NCBI RefSeq assembly: GCF_009914755.1
Contig: NC_060935.1
DNA from: the human T2T-CHM13v2.0 reference genome, Homo sapiens
Reading direction: 5' to 3' (one strand)
Length of the DNA: 64,000 nt
Below are positions 26,964-46,164 of the stretch, in pieces (positions within the stretch are counted from its first letter, which is position 1; each line of letters opens with the position of its first letter). Under the pieces are notes generated by a model. It saw nothing but the letters and a program-made list of their open reading frames with translations. It ran no database searches and was not told the origin of the DNA. Position numbers and translations under genes: made by a program.

Positions 26964-28029
26964 TAGTTTATGTCTGTGCCATAGTAAATGCCGAGTTAGA
27001 GGTACACGTAGGTATGAAGTGCCTTGTGGACATAAAGGGCACTTGATCTAATGTGGAAGTCCAGTCTCTGGAAAGATGATACTTGAGGCAGGTATTGCTA
27101 GATGAGTGAGAGCTAGCAGGGGAAAGGAGGGCTGTCTAAGCAAAGAGCATAGGCATAGTAGGCAAAAGATTGTAATGGTATGTGAGAAGAACTTCAAGCA
27201 CATTGGTATTAGTAGAGCATAAAATATGAAGTTCCAAGTGTTGGAGATGAGACGAAAAAGACATGGAACTGCTACATTTACGGAAAGCCTTGCTTGCCTT
27301 GCCAAGAGGTTTGAATTTCATTCTGTGGCTTTGGAAACTGTTTATACTAAGAAATGTAATAGTAAAAACTGTATTTTAAATTAATTATTCTAACTAAAAT
27401 ATGGATAATGAATAGGGAGAAGGAACAAGACCTTGAGGGAGATCAGGTGGGTGTTAATTAAAATAGTTTAGCTATTTTAAAGCCCTAAATTATTGCAGTC
27501 ATTTTGAAATATAGAGAAGTCTGTTGTTCTGAAGTCCAGATGCTTTGGTAGCTCTTGATGGGATCAAATTATAATCAATAGCAGTCTTCTTCTTGAATAT
27601 TGTATTTACTAAAAAATCCATTGTGTTAGACTAAGTCAATTTCTAAAAAGTGACACTCTGGTCTTATCTTTAATTCATGCTGTAAAATCTGGTGGGTTAG
27701 GCCTGTGTTTAGAGAGTTTGATATAAAGAAACCATTCTTATAAATACAAATGGAACTGATCACATATGATATCTGTCTAGAGCCAAATGAAGATAGTGGC
27801 ATTCGTGAAGATGACATTATAGATGCTTCTAGAAAACTCTTAAAGAAAATATCAGGTTTCTAGTCAGTAACCATAATTTCCAAATACATTAGCTATTGAG
27901 TGCTGCCTGCCCTTAAAATAAAAGCACATTTTCTTTCTGGTTTTCCATGTACAGCATGACTGAGCTCTCAGGAAGAAGACCCTTGGCTCACTTGGTCACA
28001 TTCATTAATTGTTATTACCTCATGACTAC

Positions 28030-28220
28030 AAGTATAACCCGATATACTAAAGAGTTGAAAAATTCTTCTCTCTGATTAACCTAAATATCTCAGCTTCAGT
28101 CCATTTTCTTCTGTTGTATCCTCACTGGAGATGGAGAACAGGTGGTCACCATGTGACACACTTCGATTTTATAACAACTAAAAGAACTTGTAAGTTATTT
28201 CCTTCACCTTGGATTTCCCT
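28030..28220 (-). mobile_element. L3/CR1 fragment
   Basis: cagtccattttcttctgttgtatcctcactggagatggagaacaggtggtcaccat resembles CR1/L3 ORF2. Confidence 0.5.
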
Positions 28221-28340
28221 TTCAGTGCTCATCATGTATTCATCAGAATGTCAGAAGTATTTGAATACTGTCATTTCCATGGAGAGTTGAGGGATCATTT
28301 TATGAGAAATGACAGCATCCTTACTCAGAGAAACATTTAG

Positions 28341-28342
<2 letters not shown>

Positions 28343-28374
<32 letters not shown>
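28343..28374. repeat. (GT)16 microsatellite
   Basis: Read directly from the sequence. Confidence 0.97.
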
Positions 28375-28376
<2 letters not shown>

Positions 28377-30699
28377 CTTTTTGAAATTGAATTTGGGCTT
28401 TTTTGAGTCTCAGTGTTTTAAATTTCAGCATTATGTTATTGTAAGTTAATTTCATTAAATGTTTCCAGTTTGTTGTAGGTTGATGTTGGACCTCATGATA
28501 TGGAGAGAAAATATTTGAAGTATAGGAAAGAACAAATAGATAATGCTTCTTCTTAGCCTTTGCATTAAAATGAACTTTCTAATTATTTTTCAAGTATTGT
28601 TAGTAATAAAATCGATTAAGTTAGGATAAAATTTTTCTTTGTATTTATTTTGGCAACAATGAATAGCTGAAAAGCCATAAATAAGACTGAAGGTGAGGCG
28701 AAACTTAAAATCACAAATAATTGACAAACGGGACAGATTGTCACCTTATTCAGTTCAACTGAAAGGAAAATTTCTTCAACATAAAACTGAATTGCATTTG
28801 AAGATTTTTAAAAATCTATATAAATTATAATACCTAAAACTTAATATGTATCAATCGGTGTATTAAGAGTTGGAAGAAAGAATGATAAATTATTAGTAAT
28901 AATTAATTTTGAATTTTTGGTAACCACAGAACTAAGCTTTTAGGAATTTTCCTAATTCTAATTGATAAATTCCTTCATAAAGAAGAACCCTATTTCTCAA
29001 GTCAAGCAGTAAACAGAATTGATAGAAATATTTATTTTAGGTTTTCTCTAGTTTATAAGTTATTTTCACAATTTAGCTTTTAAGTCTCAAAACTGCAATG
29101 AGTTCATTATTAAAAACATTAATTAAGTAATTCTTGAGAAATAATGAATCACCCCATGCCTGAGAATCAATCTCACATTTTACCCACCAATGGCTATTTT
29201 ATTTTTTCTTTGCAATCCTTTGCAAATATAAGAAAAGATGAAGCATTGTTTAAGAGTGAGGATTTTGAATTTTAGACAGGTTGTATTCCAGTGAAAATAA
29301 AGTAATGGAAAATTTTCAGTCAGCTATACTTCTACATTTTAAAGAAATATCAGAATGTATTCTGCCAAATAGTTCTTTGGGATATTTGAGTTTAATGGTG
29401 TAAGGTATGCCCAGCCCTCACTCACGGACTTGGCATAGTTGTAAACATAGTCTAGACTTTCATGAGCTGTGTGAGTGGTGACCTGGGTAATTTCACAAGA
29501 GACAAGATAGTGACTTGACTTACAGACTGCATTTTTCTGCATTTTTGCAAGTGTTCTGGTCACGTTTATGTGATGTGACAGAGGGACTTCTTGATTATAA
29601 AGCAATACTGAAGGATAACAAAATATCAGCATTCACTGAGTGCTGAAACTGTGCAGTAAAGTAAAATGAAAAGAAAAGGTATATTTTTGTGACTGAAAAT
29701 TGAGATTCATTAAGTTTGTGGACTAAGCCATGTGACTTGAAAGTAGCTAAGTGGCAGCACTACCACCCAGCCTTCTCTTTTAACTACCAAGCTGACAATT
29801 TTTATGATGATTTCCATAATGCTGGTTATCATGTTTGCTTCACAAGCAGACAGCTTTCAATGCCAGCACCATTTGCTTCTTCTTTCCTTCCTTATAGCCT
29901 TTCATTGCTCTCCTCACTTAATGTGAAATTTTGATAATGGAATTTTACTGTTGAAATCTACAACCCCAAACTAAAAAGGACAAAGCAGTGCTAAGATAGC
30001 TGTTGAAAGGGCAGTAGTAGATATTTTCTACAATTCCCACCTTTCTAACTGTTGATATTCCTACCGGTCGATGACCTTATATGCATCTGGGGTCATTTGC
30101 CAACACACAGGGCCGCAACACCTGTGGCCATCCCTGTGAAGTGTTCCTCATGGGAGATGTGCCTAGGAACAGTTTATATACAGGACCACCATAAAAATAA
30201 CTGTTTGTGCTTTAAGTAACCAAATTCTTACCTATACTCCACTCAATTCCAGAATGTTTAAGCTGAAATCATTTCATCGTGCTTTCTTACATGATAGAGA
30301 GGAGGCCAAGGCCCTAGAGTGGTGAAGTGTGCAGTGTAATATAACCAGTGGTAAAACGGAGAGGACAGTTAGGACTGTTGACAGTGTTTACAGAATTGGC
30401 TAAACATCATTCATTCATTCATTCATTCATTCACCAGTCCTTTTTGTGTGGGAAGTAAAACGTGTTAGCTCACAGCTTAGTCTAAGATTTCCCAACCTCA
30501 GCACTATTAACATTTTGGACTGGTAAACCAGTCAAAATCATTGTCTCTGTCTGTATTTCTCTCTCTCCCATGTCTTTATCCTGGGGAGTCCTACAATCTG
30601 ATTATGGAAATTGGGCCTTAGAAAAGAAATATCTGCAATAATAATTTTTTTCCTAGAACTATTCTTATAAAAGAGCAACTTTTTTTTTTTTTTTTTTTT

Positions 30700-31000
30700 A
30701 ATCCTAAGATCAAAGATCAAGGGAGGAGGGTCAGAGGAAGCCAGCTGAGGTCATTCTGCAGTACAAGTTCAGACCATGTTCTTCCAGCTGGAGGGAAGAA
30801 ATGCTGAAGGAGAAGGAGTGCCAGGTGTATTTGAGGAAGGCATCTGGGAACTTCCCCTAAATGTTTCTGCCCAGATTTTCTGATGGAAACTTAGTCACAT
30901 GCACACATCTCATTGCTAGGAGACAGGGAATTTTATTCTCTATTCTTAGCAGCCGTGTGCCTATTACAGGGTTCTATTACAGTGAAAAAGGATGGAGCTC
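30700..31000 (-). mobile_element. Old MaLR LTR (MLT1J/K-like) fragment
   Basis: aacttagtcacatgcacacatc…ggagacagggaa…agcagccgtgtgcc motif. Confidence 0.5.
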
Positions 31001-31027
31001 TGTCAAATGGGTGTTCTTTTTTCTTTT

Positions 31028-37232
<6,205 letters not shown>

Positions 37233-38298
37233 TCTTTTTTCTTTTTTAATAAAACTAGCAGAAAAGGGGATTCCATAAGCAGATATTCAGTCAAAGGCAG
37301 TTCCTGGAATTGGCTCATGTGGCTTATTCTATAACAATGACCAAAACACTTTAACCCGTTGAAGAATGGGGCAGTCATTTTTCCTTTAAATGTTAAAACT
37401 AAGCAGTTGTGCTGTTTAATGCTGATTTTGAGAAAGGTGTTGTGTTTTAGTCTAGACTCCATCCTCTTGCTAACTGAGTGGCCTATAATTAATTCCCATG
37501 AACCTCATTTTTCCATTCTTTAAGATGGGAGTCATGGTAATATGTTGATTTTTTTTCCTATCTGTAAGCCTAATCTTCCAGAAATCCTTATTGATAGGAA
37601 AATATACAAAATTAGATCAAGAGAATAAGATTGTGAATGAGTCTGCAAAGCCCTTGAAAATGTTTTGTTTTTCTTATCATAAAATCACAGAGATAACATA
37701 CTCAATAAAGATGTTAACTTTTATATACATCTTAGGACTATGTATATTGGTAGTGAGCCCAGGTTATGTCCTTCAGGGCTCTTTGGTCTTGCTCAGGAGT
37801 ATCTGAGTATCCTGATACTCAGATCTGGGAGTATCACCCCTTGTCCCTTTCATGTGCTCAAGGCCTGGTTCCAGTGCAGACTCCTGCTGCAGTGGGAACC
37901 GCAGGATGTATGGTGCAGAGGCTTCAGGGCACATTGGCTCCTTCCATCACGTCTAGACAATGGATGGAGTACTGCACTGTCACCTCTGGGCTCTGTCCTC
38001 TCCCATGACTGCCAGAGGGACCAGGTGACACTGAAAGACAGGAGAGTTCTTGTTCCATGGGGTGAATTTTGATCAATTATGGGAATGACGTGGAAGATAA
38101 ATCTTGCTTCTTGCTTGCTTACCCAATGAACGGCCCCGAGGTGTGTTGGTTTTGGACAGCATGAATGGAGATGTGCCATAGAGGTAGAGCAGCTGGCTGG
38201 CTCCTCATGCTGCTGTGGCCAGGTCAGCTGAGGCCACTTGTATTTACCTTCCTTCCTTGTCTCACATCTCTTTATTCCTCAATCTTGCTGTCCAAGAT

Positions 38299-38301
<3 letters not shown>

Positions 38302-38350
<49 letters not shown>
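38302..38350. repeat. (CA)24 microsatellite
   Basis: Read directly from the sequence. Confidence 0.98.
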
Positions 38351-38351
<1 letters not shown>

Positions 38352-38845
38352 AAGCTTTAGCAGGCAAGCTTTGCCTCAGGCAGTTTTCCTGAAAATTTGA
38401 ACTAAAGCAGTATTATATGTAATATAATATAAAAATTTAATTTCTACTGCTATTGCTTTTACCTTAGGAATAAGAAAAAAAATACATCTGTTATTTTTAG
38501 TCAGATCCAGTACTTGTTATAAGTTGTCTAAGTAGTCTATGTTATGCCTAGTATTTTATCAGTTCATATTTGTTCATCCAGGTTCTTTGTCATCCCGGAA
38601 GAGCAGAGAAATCCAAATGCTTGGCATGGAAAAAAGCTTCAGTAACTTTAATTAGGAAATCTTCAAATTCACCCAGGGTGATTTTCCAAATATCCTGTCT
38701 GGTATGCAGAATTATGTAACCCTAGTTTTGTCCCTAACTTGATGTCAGAGCCATCAGCTTCTAGCCACTCCACACACTGTCTGCCTCCTAATGCCAGTAT
38801 TCCTTGTCTTCCCACAGCTCCAAGGGGAGATTGACACTTGGATGC

Positions 38846-38905
38846 TGTATTAGTCAGGGTTCTCTTAGAGGGACAGAATGTATATATATACATGTCCCTC
38901 AAAAA

Positions 38906-38946
<41 letters not shown>

Positions 38947-39329
38947 AAGGAAAGTTTATTAAGTTTTAACTTACACGATCACAAGGTCCCACAATAGGCT
39001 GTCTGCAAGCTGAGGAGCAAGGAGAGCCAGCCTGAGTCCCGAAACTGAAGAACTTGGAATCCGATGTTCGAGGGCAGGAAGCATCCAGCATGGGAGAAAG
39101 ATGTAGGCTGGGAGACTAGGCCTGTCTCTCCTTTTCACATTTTTCTGCCTGCTTTATATTCACTGGGAGCTGATTAGACTGTGCCCACCAGTTTAAGGGT
39201 GGATCTGCCTTCCCCAGCCCACTGACTCAAATGTTCATCTCTTTTGGCAATACCCACACAGACAGACCCAGGATTAATACTTTGTATCCTTCAATCTAAT
39301 CAAGTTGACTCTCAGTATTAACCATCTCA
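38846..39329 (-). mobile_element. MLT2A1/MLT2A2 (HERV-L) solo LTR
   Basis: tgtattagtcagggttctc…caagttgactctcagtattaaccatctca, perfect 5-bp TSD gatgc (38841-45 / 39330-34), internal A/(TA)n tract. Confidence 0.93.
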
Positions 39330-39379
39330 GATGCTGTCATATGCTTTCAACATCATTTGCTTTCTCTCACAAGGTTTAA

Positions 39380-39730
<351 letters not shown>

Positions 39731-40877
39731 TCTCATCCCCTCTTTCCTTAATCTCTTTCTTTGTTCACTTTTCTTTCTTTCTTCCCTCTCCTTTCTTTTG
39801 TCCTTTTTCTCCTTCAACTCCCACCTGACCTCCCCACCTTTTTTTTGGAGGAAGTGAAGTGCTATGGTTTTAATCTTTTGCTTCCTTAGGTTGCATTTTA
39901 CTTTGCAAGGAACATGGAACTGGGAACCAGATAGATTTAATTTTAATTATCTGCTGTGCCTGTCATAAGCTCTATGACCTTGGTCAGATTACTTCTCTCT
40001 TCTCTGATAATGTTTTCATGCTCATAAAATGAGGATTTATTATTCTTACCTTGTAGAATTTTATGTGGAGTTCTGGTATGCAAACTACTTTACAACCACT
40101 GTTAATTGTTCTCCCAGTCTTGGTCAGCACTGAGCATCAGTACCAGTCACAAAATGGGTATTTACTAAAAGCTCAAGTTAATGAATGAATTAATAAAAAT
40201 CTACTTGTGAGCCAGGTGTCAGCATACCCTTAGGAAACTTTCTCTTCTCTCCATTCTAATTTTTGTTCATTCTTACCAATTTTTCAACTTTTGTGTTTCT
40301 CCTCCTCTCTTGCTATCCCATCTCCATTTTTCTCCTTCTCACTTTTAAAACAGAAATCAATTATTGAAGAATTTAACAATGCCTAAGATTGAAAAAGGAA
40401 AGTGAATATATTATTTAGAAAAGTGGAGACAAATGGGAATCAATAGCTTAAAAATTTACAAGTATTTGCCTTCAGGGATCAGAACTTTGGAACAGAGATG
40501 GAGCAAGGAGCTGGCTTAATTTATATGCCTTCACATATGATTAGATTATTGAAAACTATGTATGTCTTTAATAATTAACTTCCACCTATGGAAAATGAAT
40601 ATTTAGCATCCTTACAGTAGCACAACCACTACTACTTCAAACATATTTCCCTTCCTGCTACCTTCCAAATATATATCATTTGATTACATTTTTTAAAAGA
40701 TCAACGCTCATTGTCCACATAACAATATAATTATGGTTCATAGGTGAACCATATCAGATTCTATGATTACTTTTTTTGCATAATTTTTTGTTTCTTGGCA
40801 TCAGTAATTGCCTTACTTTCAAATTTTGCTTAATATTCTGTTTCCAAGTACAAGGATATAATTACAAAACAAATCTT

Positions 40878-41144
40878 GGACCGGACACAGTGGCTCACAC
40901 CTGTAATCCTACCACTTTGGGAGGTCGAGGCGGGTGGTTCACTTGAGGCCAGGAATTTGAGACCAGCCTGGCCAACGTAGCAAAACCCCGTCTCTACTAA
41001 AGATACCAAAATTAGCCAGGAATGGTGGCGCATGACTGTGTTTCCAGCTACTCGGGAGGCCGAGGCACGGGAATCGTTTGACTTCGGAGGCGGAAGCTGC
41101 AGTGAGCCAAGATGTTGCCACGGCACTCTGGCCAGGGCGATAGT
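40878..41144 (+). mobile_element. AluS lacking its 3' end and poly(A)
   Basis: Alu homology stops at …ggccagggcgatagt; no A-tail follows. Confidence 0.9.
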
Positions 41145-41329
41145 CTTAATATGTTTAAACATACCAGATAATACCTTCTCCATTCCATTTGTTTAGAGAC
41201 ATTTCTCCTGTAACTCTCATCTTAGCTGGTTGCTTTAAAGTTCAAAGGCTTACTTGTCCATCTAATTTTCTGGAAGATCATATTACCATGATTTTGGGAG
41301 TTCCCTGTGACTCTTAAAACTGAAAAAAT

Positions 41330-42560
41330 TCCTGTTTTTTCAGATCTTTTGCCTAACTTCCTTGATTTATTTCCTTATGTGAGCAGAGCACACCCCTCAG
41401 TATTCTCCTGAGAAATGGTACAGAAGCAGTAGAATTTTTGAGGCCTTACACATTTGTAAATATTTTTATTTTACCCTCAACCTGGATTGATAATTTAACT
41501 AGAAATAGAAAGCTAGGTTTGAATGAATTAGTCCTCAGAAATTTGAAGGCTATGGATTTTGGTTTATTGCTTCTTTTACGCTGTTGAAGATCCATTATTG
41601 TTCTGATTTCTGATGATTTTTATGTAAGCTCCATTTTCTTATGGGTTGCTTTTAGGTTTTAATTTTATCCATGTTTTTTAAACATTTTATGATGACATGC
41701 CTTTTGTTTATTTTCTCATTCATTGTACAGTGTACATATTGAGCCATTTTAATGTGGAAACTTTAAAAAAAATTCATTCTGGAAATATTCCTGAAATTTT
41801 TTTTTTGGCAAGTCTCTTGATTTTATTATCTCTCATTCAGCAGTTCTATTAGTCAGATGGGCTTCTGATATCCTTCTTTATGTTTTAAAACTCTGTTTTC
41901 TGTTTTTAATAGCCCTCTTCCTTATTTACATTTAATTTCTGTAAATTATGTTGTTTTATGTATCTATTTGTTTTAAATTTTTCTACCCAGAACTGTGTTT
42001 TGAGATCCATCAACACTTATTATTTCTCTCTAAATTCCGTGTAGCACTCCATAGTACACATCTAATACATTTTATGTACCCTCTAACAAATACCCCATCT
42101 CCTTTTCTGTTTCCACAGGTAACAACTTAATGAATATGCTCATTCATGTTTGCTGTGGACATTTCTGTTAGCATCTCATTGAGAGATACACCCAGAAGTT
42201 GGTTCTTAGGACACACATATATGTCCCTTAGTAGTGCAATGTTTCCCTCTAAAAAGACTTCACCCCTCTACAATCCCATCAGTAGTACCTAAGGGTTCCT
42301 GTGTCTCCACATGCTCTTAGCACATGGCATCATTCAACTTTCTAACTCTTAGAGCATCCAACTGATATAATGTAATATCTCATGGATTTAATTTGTTTGT
42401 CTCCAATAATGAATGAGTTTGAACAACTCTTCATATGCATGTTACACTTCGGGTTTCCTCTTTTGTGTATTATCCCTTCATATCCTTGACATGCGTTATC
42501 TGTTTGCTTCTTTCTGTCCAGTTTGTAGGAGATCCTTGTAAATGCAAATGTGAATCCTTT
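41330..42560 (-). mobile_element. Ancient L1M (L1ME-like) fragments
   Basis: Decayed L1 motifs, e.g. atctcatggatttaatttgtttgtctcc…atgagtttgaacaactcttcatatg. Confidence 0.55.
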
Positions 42561-43499
42561 GGTTCCTGTGAGTTTGATCACCTGGTGGTGGTGGCAATGA
42601 TGTAATTGGGAAAGCAAGAGATATGGTGAATTATAATGGTACAACCCTCCAGAAAGAAGCCATTTTGGGATGTCTGGATTTCAGCTGCTTGCAGATGGGG
42701 GAGTTGGTGGAGAATGGGTTGGAGAGATTAGGAGTTGTTGGGTGGAATCACCCACAGGAGAGACACTGCTGTGCAAGCCACACCAATATTTTCACCAAAT
42801 TGAGCTTCTGGATGCCAAGATCCCTTGGGCTCCAGGTAATGCCTAAACAACGTGGGATGGACTGTGCTAGCAACTGGCCCTTCTGGGAATCAGAGGTGGT
42901 GATGCTGCTGTGGGCTGCCACTCTAGGCAAGGAGTACATCCCACCATCAGAGGAAGAAGAAGTCTAATTAGGGGTGGTAGTTGGGGCTATCTCTAATCCT
43001 CTTATGTATTTTCAGAGCCTAGCACCATGATAATTTATAAGAATTCCTCATGTTTTTGGAATAGAAACTTAGCTATTGGTTTTTACTATTACTTAAGTTG
43101 AAGGATTTCTCAAAGTAGTGCTTATTTAGGTAATGGCTATGCTAACATGATAACAAAAATAGTTGCTTGGGAAATTTCACAATATCCTATGTGGCAATTA
43201 ATAATACTGAGACTGTTGAAAATATCATGAATCAATATTAATGATAGGTTCTTTTACTACAAAGAAATGTAGAAATATTCACTTATTTTTAAAAACTTCT
43301 AGTAATATTAAAATGAAGATTTCTAATTTAAGTATTTAAACAAAGCTTTCTAGTAGTCTTTTGTAGAAAAATGGGGTTAGATAACATTTCCATAATTTAT
43401 TTCTATTTATGATTAAGTGTGGTAAAGTTTGTTCTTCATCTTTGGTACTTGCTTGTCATCAGTGGAAGACATTGAGTTGGCCTCTTTTAAAACAATAGT

Positions 43500-45025
43500 G
43501 TGTATTCCGGGGTTTTAGTGTACCCATCACCTGAATAGTGTTCATTGTACCCAACAGGTAATGTTTCATCCTTCACCTGCCTCCCACTGTTTGGAGTCTC
43601 CAGTGTCTATTACTCCACTCTGTATATTCATGTGTACCCATTTTTTAGCTCTGACTTATAAGTTAGAACATACAGTTTTTGGCTGTTTCTGAGTCATTTT
43701 TCTTAGGATAATGGCCCCCAGTTCCATCTATGTTGCTGTAAGAGACATGATTTCATTCTTCTTTATGGCTGAGTAGTAAGTATTCCATGGTGTATATATA
43801 TCACATTTATAAAATCCAGTTATCCATTGATGGACACTTAGGTTGATTCCATGAGTTTGCTATTGTGAATGCTGCTGTGATAAACATATGAGTGCAGGTA
43901 ACTTTTTGATCTAATGATTTCTTTCCCTTTGGGTAATCCCATCTTGTACTGGGATTGCTAGGTAAAACGGTAGCTCTATTCTTAGTTCTTTGCAAAACCT
44001 TCATACTGTTTTCCATAGAAATAATTTATATTTCCACCAGCAGGGTATAATCATTCCCTTTTCTCTGCAGTCTCGCCAGCATCTGTGGTTTTCTGACCAG
44101 CCATTCTGACTGATGTGAGATGGTATCTCCTTGTGGTTTTAATTTGCATTTCTCTGATGATTAGAGACATTGAGCATTTTTTCGTATGTTTGTTAGCTGC
44201 TTGTGTGTCTTCTCTTGAGAAGTATCTATTCATATCCTCTGCCTACTTTTTAATAGGGTTATTTGTCTTTTTATTGTGAGGTTGATTGAATTCCTTGTAG
44301 GTTATGGATATTAGCCCTTTGTTGGATGGATTGTTTGCAAATACTTTCTCCCATTCTGTAGGTAGTCTTTTTACTTGTTGATTATTTCTTTTGCTGTTCA
44401 GAAGCTTTTTAGTTTAATTAAGTTCTATTTTTTGTTTGTGTTGCATTTGCTTTTGAGGTTTTAGTCGTACATTCTTTCCATAGGCCAGAGTTTTTCCTAG
44501 GTTTTTCTCTAGGACTTTTCTTGTTTTTTTTTTTTTTTTCTTTTTGAGACAGAGTTTCACTCTTGTTGCCCAGGCTGGAGTGCAGTGGCGCGATCTTGGC
44601 TCACTGCAACCTCTGCTCCAGGGTTCAAGCGATTCTCCTGCCTCAGCCTCCCGAATAGCTGGATTACAAATGCCCGTCGCCATGCCCAGCTAATTTTTGT
44701 GTTTTTATTAAAGGCAGGGTTTCATCATGTTGGCCATGCTGGTCTCGAACTCCTGACCTCGGACGATCCATCTCCCAAAGTGCTGGGATTACAGGCATGA
44801 GCCACCGGCATCCAGCCTTCTAGGATTTTTATAGTTTCAGATCTTACCTTGAAGTCTTTAACCCATCTTGAGTTAATTTTTGTATATGGTGAGAGAAAAG
44901 ATTGGGGTCCAGTTTCATGCTTCTGCATATGGCTGTCCAATTTTCCAGCATCATTTATTGAATAGGGTGTCCTTTCCCTATTATATATTTTTGTCAACTT
45001 TTTCAAAGATCAGTTGGTTGTAAGA
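43500..45025 (-). mobile_element. Truncated L1 (L1PA15/16- or L1PB-like) 3' portion split by an Alu
   Basis: gtgtacccatcacctgaatagtg 3'UTR; ORF2 C-terminal remnants at 43807-44016, 44051-44233 and 44725-45006. Confidence 0.88.
44520..44817 (-). mobile_element. AluS nested in L1
   Basis: Reverse Alu with a small left-arm deletion; tctagga(c/t)ttt on both sides. Confidence 0.93.
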
Positions 45026-45845
45026 GTGTGTATTTTAATATATTTTTATCTTTGTGATATGCCTACAGTCTTATAAATATTTGACACTTTTAAAATTAAT
45101 ACAAACCATAATTTTAAGAGCAAAGTTGACGCTTGGAGTTTGTGTTACAGTAGTTTCCTTCCATTCCTCATTTGAGTGTATAAAATGGACATGTGGCATG
45201 ACCATGGTTATTGTTGGTAAGTAATAACATGAGCACTATACCCAGAATAAATGCAGTGTAGATTAGAAAGCCAACTGATTGCAGACCCAAATGTAGCTTA
45301 CTTTTCACCAGCTAGAATTGGGTCTGAGAACTAATTCACCGTTTTTGAGGATATATTTTATTTATTTAGACAGTAGTCGCCTTCTGTCTCTGTGTCTCCT
45401 CTCTCTGTCTCTCCATCTTTATCTGCATAGACATATAGTAAGTAACGGCAGCAACTATGATACTAAAAACAGTACTATGCTTTATATAGGGTCATTTATC
45501 TTCTAGGACATCCCCTTCTACCTCACTTCTCATCTTTTTTCCATCGAGATTATTATTTTATTGTGATTTTATTTTAAATGATTACTTAATTGAAATGCAC
45601 ATACTGTGGACTGACAGAAAACATCCCATTACAGTATGAAGTCTCTATTTTTTTAAAATAATGCCATATCAATAAGAAAACAGTGATCATGAACAGCATT
45701 TAGGAACAATTCATGGGTTATTTTCCCCTTCCTTAAGCAGCGCTTATTTCAGAGAAAATTCTTAGTTTCATGTCCACAACAAGTAACACAAGAGACAAGA
45801 GGTAGCTATATGGGGTTACATTACTAAGTCCAAATAAGACTTGGC

Positions 45846-46164
<319 letters not shown>

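Noticed and set aside
29800-29900. ATGATGA C-box-like word suggesting a C/D snoRNA
   Set aside because: No suitably placed CTGA D box or terminal stem.
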